NCBI GenBank assembly: GCA_964035545.1
Contig: OZ037765.1
Location: forward strand, 32,735,504-32,799,503
DNA: 64,000 nucleotides
Direction: 5' to 3'
From: Bugula neritina
Lineage: Eukaryota; Animalia; Bryozoa
Below the pieces are notes generated by a model that saw only the letters and a list, made by a program, of their open reading frames with translations, did not search any database and had not been told where the DNA came from. A program made the position numbers and the translations under genes. Each line of letters opens with the position of its first letter. The first letter of the stretch is position 1. Below, piece by piece: positions 37,881 to 51,638 of the stretch.

Positions 37881-40800
37881 CTACGTCTGCTGATCAGTGT
37901 TCTCATTGGGAGGCACGGAAGGATCTTCACCTGCAAACACAACTCAGACTAAATGCTGTGTGGTCTATTGAGTATCAGTAACAAGAAAATTTACATAGCC
38001 TCAAACATTCTGACATAGATCAAAGCTGTGTACCTACCTGCAGAATCAGTGACGGGCCCCCCTTCATTTTGCTCGTCCTTGGCCATATTCTCAGTCTAGA
38101 GATATTGGAAAAAATCAATTTAGGAGAAGAAAAAGTCAAGCATACAAATTTCATGCTAGTGGAGATACTAGAAAGTAGTTGAGAGAATTGTCACAGAAAA
38201 GTACCTGATTCACAGTGTCATTAGTCGGATGAAGGCCTTCAGAAGCACCTGGTGTCGAGTCTGAAGGGGCACCTGCTGGAGCACCTGGTGGAGCACCTGG
38301 TGGAGAGTAGGCTGGAGTTTGGGGCTCTACCGCCTGTAACAAATATCACAACACAGTTAATAAATTTTACCAAGTTATGAGGAGTTGTGTCAGCTCAACG
38401 TTTAACAGATTTTATTCAATCTGTAATAATAGTTTCTTGTGATTGAAAAATATATATCTAATGAATATGCTAAAATTGACTGATGGTGCATAAACTAGGA
38501 TTATCTAATTGGATATCAAATAGGGAGATGTAAAATATAACTAAGTGAACGGAATAAACAGCTAGCAGGTGATAATTCCAATGGATGAATCAACCTGAGT
38601 TAAGTAGCTGAGTCATGCGGCAGCGTAATATACGGCAGCAAAGTTGCCGAGACTCACCTGTTGATCCGGCACAGCTGACTCTCTGGCAGAGTATTGCTGG
38701 TAAGCAACAGGCTGATTGGCTGAATACGCATCAGACTGGAACTGTGGGTTACCCATAGAGTAGGTTGAAGATTGAGACACTTGATACATGGGGGAGGGAA
38801 CCTGTTGAGGGGCTATTTGTTGAGGGGCTATTTGTTGAGGGGCCATTTGTTGAGGGGCCATTTGTTGAGGGGCCATTTGTTGAGGGGCCATTTGTTGAGG
38901 GGCCATTTGTTGAGGGGCCATTTGTTGAGGGGCCATTTGTTGAGGGGCCATTTGTTGAGGGGCCATTTGCTGAGGGGCCATTTGCTGAGGGGCCATTTGC
39001 TGAGGGGCCATTTGCTGAGGGGCCATTTGTTGCGGGGCCATCTGCTGAGGGGCCATTTGCTGAGGGGCAATTTGTTGCGGGGCCATCTGCTGAGGAGTTA
39101 TTTGTTGAGGGGCCATTTGCTGAGGGGCAACTTGTTGAGGGGCAACTTGTTGAGAGGCCATTTGTTGAGGGGCCATCTGCTGCGGAGCCATTTGCTGAGG
39201 GGCCATTTGTTGAGGGGCTATTTGCTGCGGGGCCATTTGTTGAGGGGCCATATGTTGAGGGGCCATATGTTGCGTGGCCATTGGTTGCGGGGCTATTGTT
39301 TGAGAGGCCATTTGTTGTGGATGCATTTCTTGCGCTGGAACTTGTTGGGCGATCATCTGCTGATCTCCGGGGTAAACTGGTTGCTGCTGACTCGCAGGCT
39401 GCTGTGACGTCGTCTGCTCAGCCATCATTCTTTCCTGTTTTTGCTTCTTTTGTTGCTCAAACAACTTATCATACTTGCTTCTCAACTCGGCCTTGTGTTT
39501 GATTACCAGCGCCTCAAACTTGGCGGAGGTCATGAGGGGTTTGCTGTCACATTCCTGCAATAACAGTCAACTGTCCAATGAGAAACTGGGTAACATAAAT
39601 GTCTGTCCAATGAGCTCGCAAAAATTAGCGTGAAATTAATAAGTATAAAACAAGTAAACACATATCTAGTAAGTATAGAGCAAGTGAGTACACAACAAGT
39701 AAGTGTATAATAAGTAAATACATGTATAGCAATTTATAGAAAGATAATGAAGATACATAAAAATCTGATGTAATTATTTGATGGTCACTTCACAGGAGCC
39801 TGAGAGGAACTGCAAGTCTTTCACCATCCTGATGCTCAATAACTCGGAGAATATCAATTATGTGAATTCATTTAATTGAAGCTTACAACTATTGGACTAT
39901 AAGCTATCCCAGCTGCATAAAACCAATACATGTCCCACCTCCTTCAGCTTCTCCGCAAATTCCTCACTGCTTTCCGTGAACTTCCTCTTCTTTGCGTTGA
40001 ATTTATCAGTGATATCTGAGAGTTCTTTCTCCAACTTCTGCTGATGGTCCATTAGAGATCGTACCTAGAAGACAGTCATAGTAAAGTGTGAGCTGTAGGA
40101 TAGTGAGACCGGTGCTCTAGAATGTTCTCTAATACTAGCAAAGACTCTTGCCCTTTAAAAATTCATCTGGACATGATATAGTGGTTAGTATAACATTGTT
40201 GGGTAAGGTAACAAAGAAAGTGCAAAAATTTTGTTTCAAAAAGATTGAAAATGAGACATTCAAAATAAAAACCACAAGCCAAGTTCTTGCAAGTTCCAAG
40301 AGTTTAAGGCTAAGTGACATAATACAATATATTACCACTCATCTCTCCTCACCAAATGCACTGTATAATGTAGATAAAGTTTCGGTCATAAAACTTTGAT
40401 AATTAACCTGTTTTCTGAGTAACGCCATCCGTTGCTCCGTAACCACGGATCTTGAGTCAGGGACGAGAGACTCGGAGAACAACTCGTTCACCAGAGCGTG
40501 GTTCCTGTGATACCGACTGGCCGCCACAGCTTTGACAGAGACGTTAGACTCAGTTTCCATGTTGTAGTCGGCTGGCTGGATAGACACCCGGTGCTCATTA
40601 GCAGCAGACTGAAACAGCAACAGAAGAGAGGCTACAGGTCACAGAGGAGGTCACAGGAAAGGTCACAAGCACAAACAGAATTATTGAAGCAAAAAGCCAC
40701 AACTTTGAAATAACAATTTTGTGTATCTGCATTCAAAACAAAGTCTGAAAATTCTCACCCAAATAGACCCGTATTTAAAAGCTTATTTTAAAATTTAATC

Positions 40801-43506
40801 TTTCAATAAATACCTTTGCCACTTGACAATAAAAATTACAATGTTGATCATAAATTCCTGCAGATGGTACAAATAGTTATTATTGGTTGCAATAAATTCT
40901 GATTGACTTTCAAGTCAATGAGCATCAAAAACAAATTATTAATTCAAAATAGAAGTAAAAGGTTTTTAAGAAAAACCATTCATTTCAGAACTTAGAAATA
41001 AAGAGACACAACTAATACAGCCTCCAGCATCAAAGAGTTGTATTTACATTTTTAGACCGCCTCTCTTCCTCTTCAATTTGATGCTCAGCTCTCTGCTTTT
41101 CTCTCAGATAATTCTGGTACTGAGCTGAGTTGTGGAATATCTTCAGATTCTCCTGGAACTGTATCTGTACACAGAGCATAGATTTGAGATTGTATCTTCA
41201 CACAGAAGATAGCACTGATACTGTATCTTCACACAGAAAACAGTGTGAGAATTAAATTCTCATAGAAAAAAGATTGTATATAGACATGAAAGCAGAGATT
41301 CTGCCTATACCACAGAAACTTAGTCTTTACAGGATTGCACAGAGAAATTAACAAACAAAACAAATACCTTAGCGACTGAAGCCATTTTTATTTAGCAATA
41401 ACTATACACTATATATCCTGCATACGATATGCCAACAGAGTGAATTATGCACATATTGAAACTCAGTTTTATTATATGTAATAGCTGTCACTAGCTATCT
41501 TGCAGGTAGCCAGCTTTTTTGCTTTTTCATTGTGTGTGATATCTAAATTACAAAACATGACCTAATTTCTCCAGAAAATATAAAATAGACCAAACTATCT
41601 AACCAACTGCCATCTTCAATAAAATAACCCAAGTTCTAAAATAACCTACTTACACTTAAAGACACGCAACACGACAAAGAACCTAATTTATATAACATTA
41701 CCACATTACAAAAATATAAACAAGAACAACTCAATGATATGAGCTTCACAGAGAATATTTGACAGGTTTTGCTATCACAAGGAGACAACACACACCTTGT
41801 CGGCTTCATAAGCATCCATATATTCCTTCTTCTCTGCATCCGAGAGCTCTCGCCACATGTGACCGATAATCTTACCAATCTGCCAGAGTCTGAGGTCAGC
41901 ATTCTTAGCCTTTACTGACTCCCACACCTTTCGGCTGTACCTCATGTAGGGCATAAGGGGCTTCTCCGGAGCTTTCGGTGCTTTGGGTAAAGTCTAGTGT
42001 AAGAAAGCAGCAATGAGTCTAAGTGCTGACAAAGCAAAGCAATCTAAGATAATTAAAATTTTGAGAAACATAAAAATAATATATGGGTCATTTCACCTAT
42101 TTTAGTCCACACTGGAAACCTCCAGATTTTAGCTGTTTTTTGCAATTTAGCTGGTAATAAACATTGTTTTTTGTCGAAAACCAATAAAGTACCAATAAAT
42201 ACACCTAAATAATCGAGGTTATTTTTAATTTTGCTTGATTTCCCATGTTTTTTCCTAATTATTCAGCTACTTTCGATTTCGGGCCATTATGACTTTTTCG
42301 TAACGATCCGCAATCTAAATTAGCTAAAGAAATAGAAAAAAAAAACATGGGAAATCAAGCACAATTAGGAAGAACCTTGATTATTTATATGTATTTATTG
42401 ATATTTTACTAGTTTTGGGCAAAAATCCATTTTAATTAGCAGCTAAACTGTAAAAAAACAGCTAAAATTTGGAGATTTTCAGTGTGTACCAAACTAAGTA
42501 AAATGATTCATATTATATTATCAATATATTCAAAGAAAAATCCTTAAATTAGAACATGAAAATGTGTGGATTCATTAACAAAACATTTGAACAAAAACTA
42601 ACTAAAGAAAAATGGTGGGAATACCTGGTAATAATAGATCTAAAATTACAAAACAAACACATCTATTAATTCAAAGAAAAAACAGCAACATTTGTTAAAA
42701 AAGGAGCTACATTTACCGTTGGAGTCTTTGAAGATGATTGTTTAGATGGGGTGAAGGAGGAATGGCCTGGGGAGCCTGAGACAAAGGGGGGCACCTGAGG
42801 ACAGCAAATATATCTTCAAATATTCAACAGAAGTCAACAAACTCAACTGATAACAAATAAAAGCTCTATAAAATGAAAAAATCAGAAGATTAAACAAATC
42901 AAAGATATGAAAAAAATAGTCTTATCTTACTGGTGAGCTGCTGAGACCTGGTGACTTTCCATATGAAGGACGGGACCGGTCTGCAAACACAGAATATCAT
43001 TTACATGAGCACAGGCTATAAACCTTTTCATGTTCTTCAATAGTGAAGAGCAGTTTATTATTAGCCTGTAGACCTACATTTAAAGTGCTGATTAACATAA
43101 AATAAAATAAAACTGGCAAATGCACTATATGTATACCTAATTTTTTTCTGAGAACTTGTAACAAAGCAGCATTTTATTATAATACTGAATGCTGTACTGG
43201 TGGTGCAGAGAAGCAGCCTATCAAATGCTTTAGCTTCTAAGACAATTCAAAGCAACATCTAATGGATTCACTAGAACAGTGATCACTTTCTTATCTAATG
43301 CAAAGTAATTTCAATTAATGGCTGATGGCATGCACACCACCTTTGAATTTTTCTGCAAATGAGCCTTTTCGTATGACTGGTATCACACTTTTTTTAATTC
43401 TTTACACTAATTAGAATCAAAGAAGCATCATTACATGTTTAAGTCAGAATTTACCTCTGAATGGGGGCGTGGCAGACATTCCTGGACGAGCTCCAATCAT
43501 TGACAT
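37881..43506 (-). CDS. SMARCE1: SWI/SNF (BAF) subunit SMARCE1/BAF57: HMG box, NHRLI-like domain, coiled coil, Q/P/M-rich tail
   Basis: Exons in transcript order: 43455-43506, 42931-42980, 42717-42794, 41796-41993, 41048-41164, 40408-40608, 39939-40064, 38658-39554, 38205-38333, 38038-38095, 37881-37930 (TAG). [22 protein letters not shown]...[15 protein letters not shown]; [52 protein letters not shown]. Confidence 0.93.
38802..39326 (-). repeat. Coding 15-bp minisatellite encoding ~35 (M/I/V)APQQ pentapeptides in SMARCE1 exon 8
   Basis: atggcccctcaacaa / atggcccctcagcaa units in frame within exon 38658-39554. Confidence 0.95.
42082..42512. mobile_element. Foldback MITE (~430 bp, long imperfect arms) in SMARCE1 intron 3
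   Basis: tgggtcatttcacctattttagtccacactggaaacctccagattttagctgtttttt...gcttgatttcccatgttttt is mirrored by aaaaacatgggaaatcaagc...aaaaaacagctaaaatttggagattttcagtgtgtaccaaactaagtaaaatgattca; TA flanks. Confidence 0.8.
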
Positions 43507-44449
43507 ATCAGCTGTGTACTATGTTATAGAAAGTAAAAACATATATTTTTGATACACTTATTTGCTAAAATGTTTCAAATAGACAAATGCTACTTTAACT
43601 TTATGACCAAATTAAAAAAAACGAAATTAATTGTAAAATAAAAAGATGGTGCACTTTGCTATATAAGTTGAAAATATTTTAGAATATGTAGCTTAGTATG
43701 CATTTGAGTTTTGCATTCCAAAATCTTATTATGAAATATAATGTGGCTTATGGTATTTATCAGATTATCTACAAGCTAACCTGAAGTGATTGGCTAACTG
43801 CCCAACAAGCATTCTCATTACATACCAGCTTGTACAGCTTGGATATTGGCTATTGAAACGGTAAAAGTAAAGACTACATGCGGGACTCTACTTCTGACTG
43901 TCAAGTAAGTCGAACGTGATATTTCATAGTAACAATTAAATTAAATTTGCAATAATTTTAAATAATTATAAATATAATTATCATTTAATCTTAAACTTAG
44001 TTATCAACTAATTAAGTTAGTGTTACTAATGCTATTATTAGTAGTAGAACTACTAGTACTGCAGTGGTTAGACTTAGTAGTTAAGTTTTACTTCAAGTTT
44101 AAGTATTACTATTACTATTACTATTAGTATTACTATTACTATTAGTATTACTAATAGTATTAGAGTATTACTATTAGACTTAGTATTACACTTACAGTAT
44201 GAGTATTACTATTACTATTAGTATTACTATAGTATTGCTATTACTATTAAGTATTAAATTAGGTATTAGTATAACTATAACCACACAGACTGAGACTACA
44301 AAGGTATTGGTAATAACTCAATAACTGATAAGTATTACTTGAAGTTGATAAGCATATTTTAATTTAAACTTAAAGTAAACATAATTAACATAGGTCATGA
44401 AAATCAGAATTATTATAAATTATTAAATTTCACAACTATAATTTTGATC

Positions 44450-44900
44450 AAATTCAATAACATCATTAAAAATAAAAACTGATAAATTACTGAGTCGAGC
44501 TAAATATCAATATGAATATGAAATTGGATGTGAATATCTCATCCAGCGATTGTGATTATTTGGGAATGAAATTAGGTCACGTGATAGCATATAAACTGAA
44601 AGTAATGGGCTCGTCGAAAAACTACAGAGGTTTCTCACGGGTATGCGGTTCGGGTTCAATATTAATATTATCACCATAACTCGAACTGTAGCGTGAAAAA
44701 TAACAAATGATCTATAAAAACTTGCTAAACATAAATGTGCGAAAGATGAGTTTGAAGTGAATAATGATAATATTACCACTTTTTGAAAATTAACATTAAT
44801 TTGCTGCGTGCTAAATTAGTAACTAATAATAATATTTCTATACTCATATTGTAATTATTTCATTTTGTAAAGATAAAAGCTCTCATTATCACTCCGATGC
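44450..44900. promoter_or_regulatory. Putative bidirectional promoter of SMARCE1 and TRMT10A
   Basis: Head-to-head genes; locally CpG-retaining segment flanked on both sides by ACT/AGT-rich low-complexity DNA. Confidence 0.45.
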
Positions 44901-46030
44901 TGGTACTGATAGCGATACTCGTACTCATACTCATACTCATACTCATAGTCATACTCATACTGATACTCATACTCGTAGTCGTAGTCACACTCACAGTGAA
45001 TCTAGCTAACACTAACAGTAACACCAACCGCAACAGTAACAGTCATGTAACAGTAAATGAGTAATACCTAAACTTTGAGACTCACTCTCAGACACTGACA
45101 GTGACATGCTGAGAGTGATTACATTTACTATCACTATCAGTGTTATCATTAGTATTACTATAATAATAATAATATTAGTATTACTATATTAATTAATATT
45201 ATTATTACCAAGTCCAATGGCAATAGTGAATAGTAATAGTACTAATAGTCATAGTAATACTAATAGTAACACTAATAGTAATACTTAATAATAATAGTAT
45301 TACTCCGTAATAGTAATACTAATAGTATTGCTATTACTATTAGTATTAGTATTAGTGAGCTATAAGATTAAGTATTGCCATTAGTCGATTAGACTTAGTC
45401 AGTTAGTGATTGTAATATCGTAATAATGTTGCACTTACTGTTACTGTTAGTGTTACTATTAGTATTAGTGTTGGTATTACTGTATTAGTATTACTCTATT
45501 GGTGATAACCCTAGTGATATTGATAGTTATTTATTCATTATTGATTGTCATTATGATTATTATTATATTTATAACTTAATCTGATAAATGTAACTTGTAA
45601 CTGTAAGTTATTATTTATACTTATTGTTATTATTAGTATAAATAATAGCATTGACAATATCAATAGTTGTCTGTTTCATAGTTATACTAATTGAGCTAGT
45701 AGTTACTGTTAGACTGAGTTACTATAGTATTAGTTGGCTGCTTGAGTTAGAGTTGATTATTTATTATTGTAGTTACAATTACCAGCTATAATAGACATAG
45801 TTACTAGTAGCAATGCTAAAAGTAATACAGTTAATGAGTTATACTCATACTTGTAGTTTATAGTTATATTTATAGAATTACTATTAGTATTAGTTAGTCA
45901 TCATCATAATCATTACGTTAATAATTAACTAATAGTAATATAAAACTACTTTATTATTATACGTTATAAAGCCTCTACAGCTCACTGGAAGCCTATCACT
46001 ATCAAGTTGTAGTTTACTAACAAAGACCCA

Positions 46031-48511
46031 ATGAGTGAAAACTCTCCCGTAATCAGTTTGTCTGGTGCTGAAGTAATTAAAGAAGAAGATAACACAGAGT
46101 CATGTGACAAGGAAGAAAGTGTTGAGACTGAGTCATGTGCAGCAGAAACAAAAACTATGTCGAAGAATCAGCAGCGAAAACAGCGACGTCTGGAAGCTAA
46201 ACTCAAGTTCAGGCCTGAGAAAAGGTGGTTAGCATGTTTGTACTTTGAATTAAATCAGTTTTGTAGAATGATATCTGTATGTTAGCTTTGAAGTATGATG
46301 GCTAGCAGATTGAGTCTAAGTAGTCATTTATGTTGTTTATTCTCATTGCTGAGTAGTAAAAATTATCTTTAATAAAGTAATTAAAATACCTGAACTAACC
46401 ATCAGATATGCTGCACTGCAGGGTTGACTTACTCGTTCTATCAGTCATTGAATTTGTTTCTATAGAAAGTTAGAGAGAGAACGTAGAAAAGAGAAAAGAA
46501 GACAAGCTATAAGTGAAGGGGTGGTACTGCCCCCGTCCCGTAAGAAGCTGAAACAGAAGCTGATGGAGCCGAGTGACATAAGTATAGTAGTGGACTGTTC
46601 GTTTGAAGAACAGATGCATGATGGTGACATCAAGAAGCTGGTCAAACAGATACAGCACTGCTACGCTATAAACAGGAGATCTCCTTGTCCTTGTAACGTA
46701 CTTGACTAGTTTTATGTTATGAATCAGTATACTTAGTAAACATTGCACAGTCTTGAATATGGTTTTTGTACCAAGTTAGTCTAGAATATTCTCTATAGAG
46801 TCTAACTGAATAGTGGTGCTGGTAAAGATTTACCCAACTATCATGATAGTAGATGGACATATTTGAGCTGTGACAGTGTCTCTACTCTTTACAAAGTTGT
46901 AGGTTTCTGTAGGAGTTGTATGGACATTGTGTCTGCCGTCAACTTCACTTCTCTGTTTTGTGTTTCAGTACGTTGTGTCCAGTTATGGTGGTAAGATGAA
47001 GGATATAATAGAGAACCTGTCAGGTGCCACTCAGTGGAATGTAAGTGCAGGTGCTTTCAGGTGTCACATTCAATGTTGTTACTTTACTAGACTACTACTC
47101 AGCTCAACCAATCAGTAATTAGTATTATCCCAATACCATTAATACCCTGCCCTGACTATTTTACTTTTAATGTTGATTAGTTAGTCTGTATTCATGATAC
47201 ACTTTTTAGATATCTTGGAGAGAAGAATCATACGATTCCTTGTTTAGTAAAGAAAATATAGTTTACCTGTCAGCAGAGTCAGAGAATACTCTCACCTGTC
47301 TGGAGGAAGGAAAAGCGTATATCATAGGAGGTCTGGTTGATCACAACTCTAAGAAGGTGATTCTTGAGTTAATTTTGAGAAAAGAGCAATGACAAATTTG
47401 GTTTACCTCTCTTTTCTATGTATCACTTTATCGAACATGTATGCCCAATAAGATTATGCAATGTCGAAAGTTGTAAGATTTTCATTGCTCTTTTAGTTTC
47501 TATCAATTTTTAATATTTTCTCACTTTAGACAGCTCGCTAGAAATTCCTTCGCTTTAACAATTGCAATTTGAATTTCTCTTCCCAAATCATTCAGAAAAG
47601 TATAATTTAAACAAATATTAGGGAGGTTTTGTTTTGAATTTTCTTATCTAGTAAAGAATATGTTTTTGAAGAGATGTGTTGCTAATTGTTACTATATCAA
47701 AATTTGAAATTTTATGCTGCACTGTGTAAAGTATTTTGCATAATTTTGATTGGCCACAATCTAACTTTGAAAAGAGTGTTTTTTGCCCTGAGTGTAAATG
47801 CATACGCAATGATATTGGCTTTACGTTTTGAATGTTTTTCACCATGTGATTTAGTATGGGATGCAAAATATTTCTCAGTATTCCTTCCTCAACGGGAAGC
47901 CTTTATCAGCAGAAATATGGCCCGATCCTCACTCTGGTTTTCTTGTGTGTGTGACAGAATATGTAATGTTCAAGATGTAATACCTTGAAGTTGTATTTCT
48001 CTAAAGATTTAGCTGTATTGTTAGATGGTTAATATTGAGCACGCAACTCCCACTCCCTTAAATATCGCATATATTTCAGGGTTTGTGTCACGAGTTGGCT
48101 GTAAAGAGGGGAGTGAAGCATGCCCAGCTGCCTATATCACAGTATATAGATATGAAGAGTAGGAAGGTGCTGACAGTAGACCATGGTGAGTCATCAATAT
48201 ACAAGAGTTTCACTCTACTCACTGGTATACACTGCGCTGTATGTTTACTCTCCTGTGATTGGCTACGTGTGTGGTCCTAGTCTATGACTCATCAACCCTG
48301 CTGTAACAACTCTCCCTCTCTGTTTGTAGTGTTTGAAATACTTCTCAAGTATCAGCAGCAGAAAGACTGGGAGTCAGCTTTCTTTAGTGTTATACCAAAG
48401 CGTAAAGGAGCTCAGGCTAAATTAGACTCTAATCTGTGTAGTTCAGGTCATGTGACAGAGGGGGCGACTAAAGAGACTGAAGTTAGTGAATCTAATGATA
48501 GGAAAATTTAG
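46031..48511 (+). CDS. TRMT10A: tRNA (guanine(9)-N1)-methyltransferase TRM10 homolog A (SPOUT family)
   Basis: Exons 46031-46224, 46466-46697, 46969-47040, 47210-47356, 48080-48185, 48330-48511. MSKNQQRK...; [11 protein letters not shown]...[16 protein letters not shown]; [10 protein letters not shown]...[11 protein letters not shown]; [10 protein letters not shown]...[13 protein letters not shown]...[15 protein letters not shown]. Confidence 0.93.
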
Positions 48512-48980
48512 TGTTGAGAGAATCTGTGTAGACATGTTAGTTCAACTGTTTAGAGGAAATGCTGTACTTTATAGCAGACTGACTGTATTTATCATCATTG
48601 TCAGGTATTAATATAAAATATAATAAACTACATTGAATTGTATTCAGTTCTTGAAAGTACTATTACTTAGTAGTCTATTTAAATATTCCTTTTTATTGTT
48701 GTTTTTTAAATATATTATATATAATATATAACTGACGCTCTTGTATTTATTACATAACAGAGTGTCAATTGTTTCTAATAGATAGTCATTTGAAAGAAAC
48801 TTTTAGGCTTGACAAAAATTATTGCAATGACTTTATAGAACATAATTTTACACTTTAGCTTGATTATTACACACAGTGCACACATGGTATATTATAGCTA
48901 TATTAATGTTATTGTGCTTGCTGTAGGCCAAAATATTGGTTCAACCATGTGAGTGACGGTTCATGTTTTGGTTACAGACT

Positions 48981-49093
48981 AGCAGTAGTAGTAGTAGCAG
49001 CAGTAGCAGTAGTAGCAGCAGCAGCAGTAGTAGTAGCAGTAGTAGTAGTAGCAGTAGTAACAGTAGTAGTAGTAGCAGCAGTAGTAGTAGTAA
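48981..49093. repeat. (GTA/GCA)n trinucleotide microsatellite
   Basis: Direct observation. Confidence 0.9.
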
Positions 49094-49462
49094 TACATTT
49101 CTATAGCATATGTATACAGTATTGTTATACAAGTTTTACACTGAAAGAGAACTGGCCAGTGAGCTATAAAATGATCTGGTTTACTGCATAGCTACAAGGA
49201 TGATTAACCTGCTCATCCAATTAGAGAGGAGCAGAAGGAAACCACCTTTGACAGTGAATTAGAACCAGCGAAATAATATTATGCCAACAGGAAACAGAAA
49301 AATAATAAAAACTAGAAAAAAGTATCCATGTGCAATCTGTTTTCCTATAGATACAAGATATTTATGTCAAATGTATGTTCCCATAGCAATTTGATCTAAG
49401 ATATGACATTTTGAGTGCATTGAGCTTAATAATATAAAATTTTATGGTTTGTTAAGCCTATG

Positions 49463-49759
49463 CCAAGGCCGGATGTGCCCCCCCCCCCCCCTACATTTAT
49501 GTGACCCTCAGAGGCATAAAAGATAAAATTATTTTTCACATGTATATGAATTAGAGTGGAAAAAACCACCTTTCGAACACATGTCTTATTTTTATATATG
49601 CTAAAACAAGCATCCTGCAGTAATTATTGGAACTTCATTACATAATGATTCATAGAGATTTGGAATATAGTAATTTGATAAAAACTGATGCTGTACGGCC
49701 CCAAGCCCACGCTAAATTCTACAATGTGGCCCACAGCATGAAAAGGTTGGACAGCCCTG
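49463..49759 (+). mobile_element. Non-autonomous hAT(Charlie)-like DNA transposon, copy 2 (retains 3' TIR)
   Basis: Homologous to 33283-33560 (ggatgt-polyC-tacatttatgtg...gaattagagtg...); ends gtggccc...aaaaggTTGGACAGCCCTG. Confidence 0.65.
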
Positions 49760-50757
49760 GTCTATACAAATGCATAATTCTCATTAACATAGTAGGCTAC
49801 TGTGTATGTGGACTGATTTTACTATTCAACTCTCTCGACTTGACAGTGCAGTGGATAAATGCTCACTTTATATGGCTAAGTACATTGAGATGTGATGTTC
49901 AAGTCACATGACCAGCTGACACAGAACTCTACTGCTGTAGTTACTAGTTACAGTGAATAATTCAGGTATGGAGTTAGTATGTAGCGTATAAATACGCTGA
50001 GTATAAATAATAGACTGTAAGTATAGAGACTCTGTAGCTACTCCAATGAATGGTTTTTTTATTCTATATATTATGTATAAGTCTTTAAAGCTCAGCCATT
50101 CTTTGTAATATATGAATCAAGAAACTAGGTCACTTCGCAGTAAACAAGATTAGGCAAGTGAATTCTAACATTGAAACTAGACTAACATGTAGAATATGGG
50201 TAACAATAGAGTCTTTTTTATAGATATTATATTATAGAATAATAGCATACCAACCATCATTGAAATTTGATTACCACGGCATTTAACTGCTTTGAATTTA
50301 TTAGCTCACATGATGCAGTACAATGAATAGAAGCTATAAATTTCAATATCTACTGAGTAATCAATAGACCCTCCACTCTTCTATACACATTGATTTATTC
50401 TATTATTAGTCTCCCAGCAGTGAAGGTGGAGACTGTGACTCCATTTTCTCTTCATCTCAGAATAAGATCTCTCTTTCAGATTATCTCCACATACTGACAC
50501 TATATGCAGGTGTAATATGGAGCATGCAGGTATGTCTTATTATAGTAACACTGTGAAGTTATTTATTCAAACTCAGTGAGTAGTTTAGTTAAACTGGAGT
50601 ATAGAATGATGGTTTATTAAGAGAACTAATTAGGTATTCTGTGCAGCTTTACTGTTACTGTGGGCAAAATATTTTCCAGTTTAATTCCATGAATTAGGCT
50701 GATAGAGTAGATGTTATACATTTGAATGGAAAACCACATTTAGTAAGCACAGTTATA

Positions 50758-51638
50758 CTACTTACTGTAGACACACAGACAGACTACTTACTGTAGACAG
50801 ACAGACTACTTACTGTAGACACACAGACAGACTACTTACTGTAGACACACAGACTGCTTACTGTAGACACACAGACAGACTCCTTACTGTAGACACACAG
50901 AGAGACTACTTACTGTAGACACACAGACAGACTACTCACTGTAGACACACAGACATACTACTTACTGTAGACACACAGACAGACTACTCACTGTAGACAC
51001 ACAGACTGGCTACTCACTGTAGAGACACAGACAGACTGACTACTTACTGTAGACACACAGACAGACTACTTACTGTAGACACACAGACAGACTACTCACT
51101 GTAGACACACAGACAGACTACTTACTGTAGACACACAGACAGACTACTCACTGTAGACACACAGACAGACTACTTACTGTAGACACACAGACAACTACTT
51201 ACTGTAGACACACAGACAGACTACTTACTGTAGACACACAGACAGACTACTTACTGTAGACACACAGAGAGACTACTTACTGTAGACACACAGACAGACT
51301 ACTTACTGTAGACACACAGACAGACTCCTTACTGTAGACACACAGAGAGACTACTTACTGTAGACACACAGACAGACTCCTTACTGTAGACACACAGACA
51401 GACTACTTACTGTAGACACACAGACAGACTACTCACTGTAGACACACAGACAGACTACTTACTGTAGACACACAGACAACTACTTACTGTAGACACACAG
51501 ACATACTACTTACTGTAGACACACAGACTGCTTACTGTAGACACACAGACAGACTACTTACTGTAGACACACAGATATACTACTTACTGTAGACACACAG
51601 GCAGACTACTTACTGTAGACACACAGAGAGACAACTTA
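50758..51638. repeat. 26-bp minisatellite (CTACTYACTGTAGACACACAGACAGA), ~34 copies
   Basis: Direct tandem array in a probable 5'-UTR intron of the LRR gene. Confidence 0.95.

Noticed and set aside
38765-39502. Plus-strand ORFs (EGPFV)n and (RGHLL)n, and the alternative minus frame (KWPLN)n
   Set aside because: Shadow frames of the stop-free 15-bp repeat; only the MAPQQ frame is continuous with SMARCE1 exons.
48941-49191. Poly-Leu and poly-Val/Ala ORFs resembling signal or transmembrane peptides
   Set aside because: Artefacts of a trinucleotide microsatellite.
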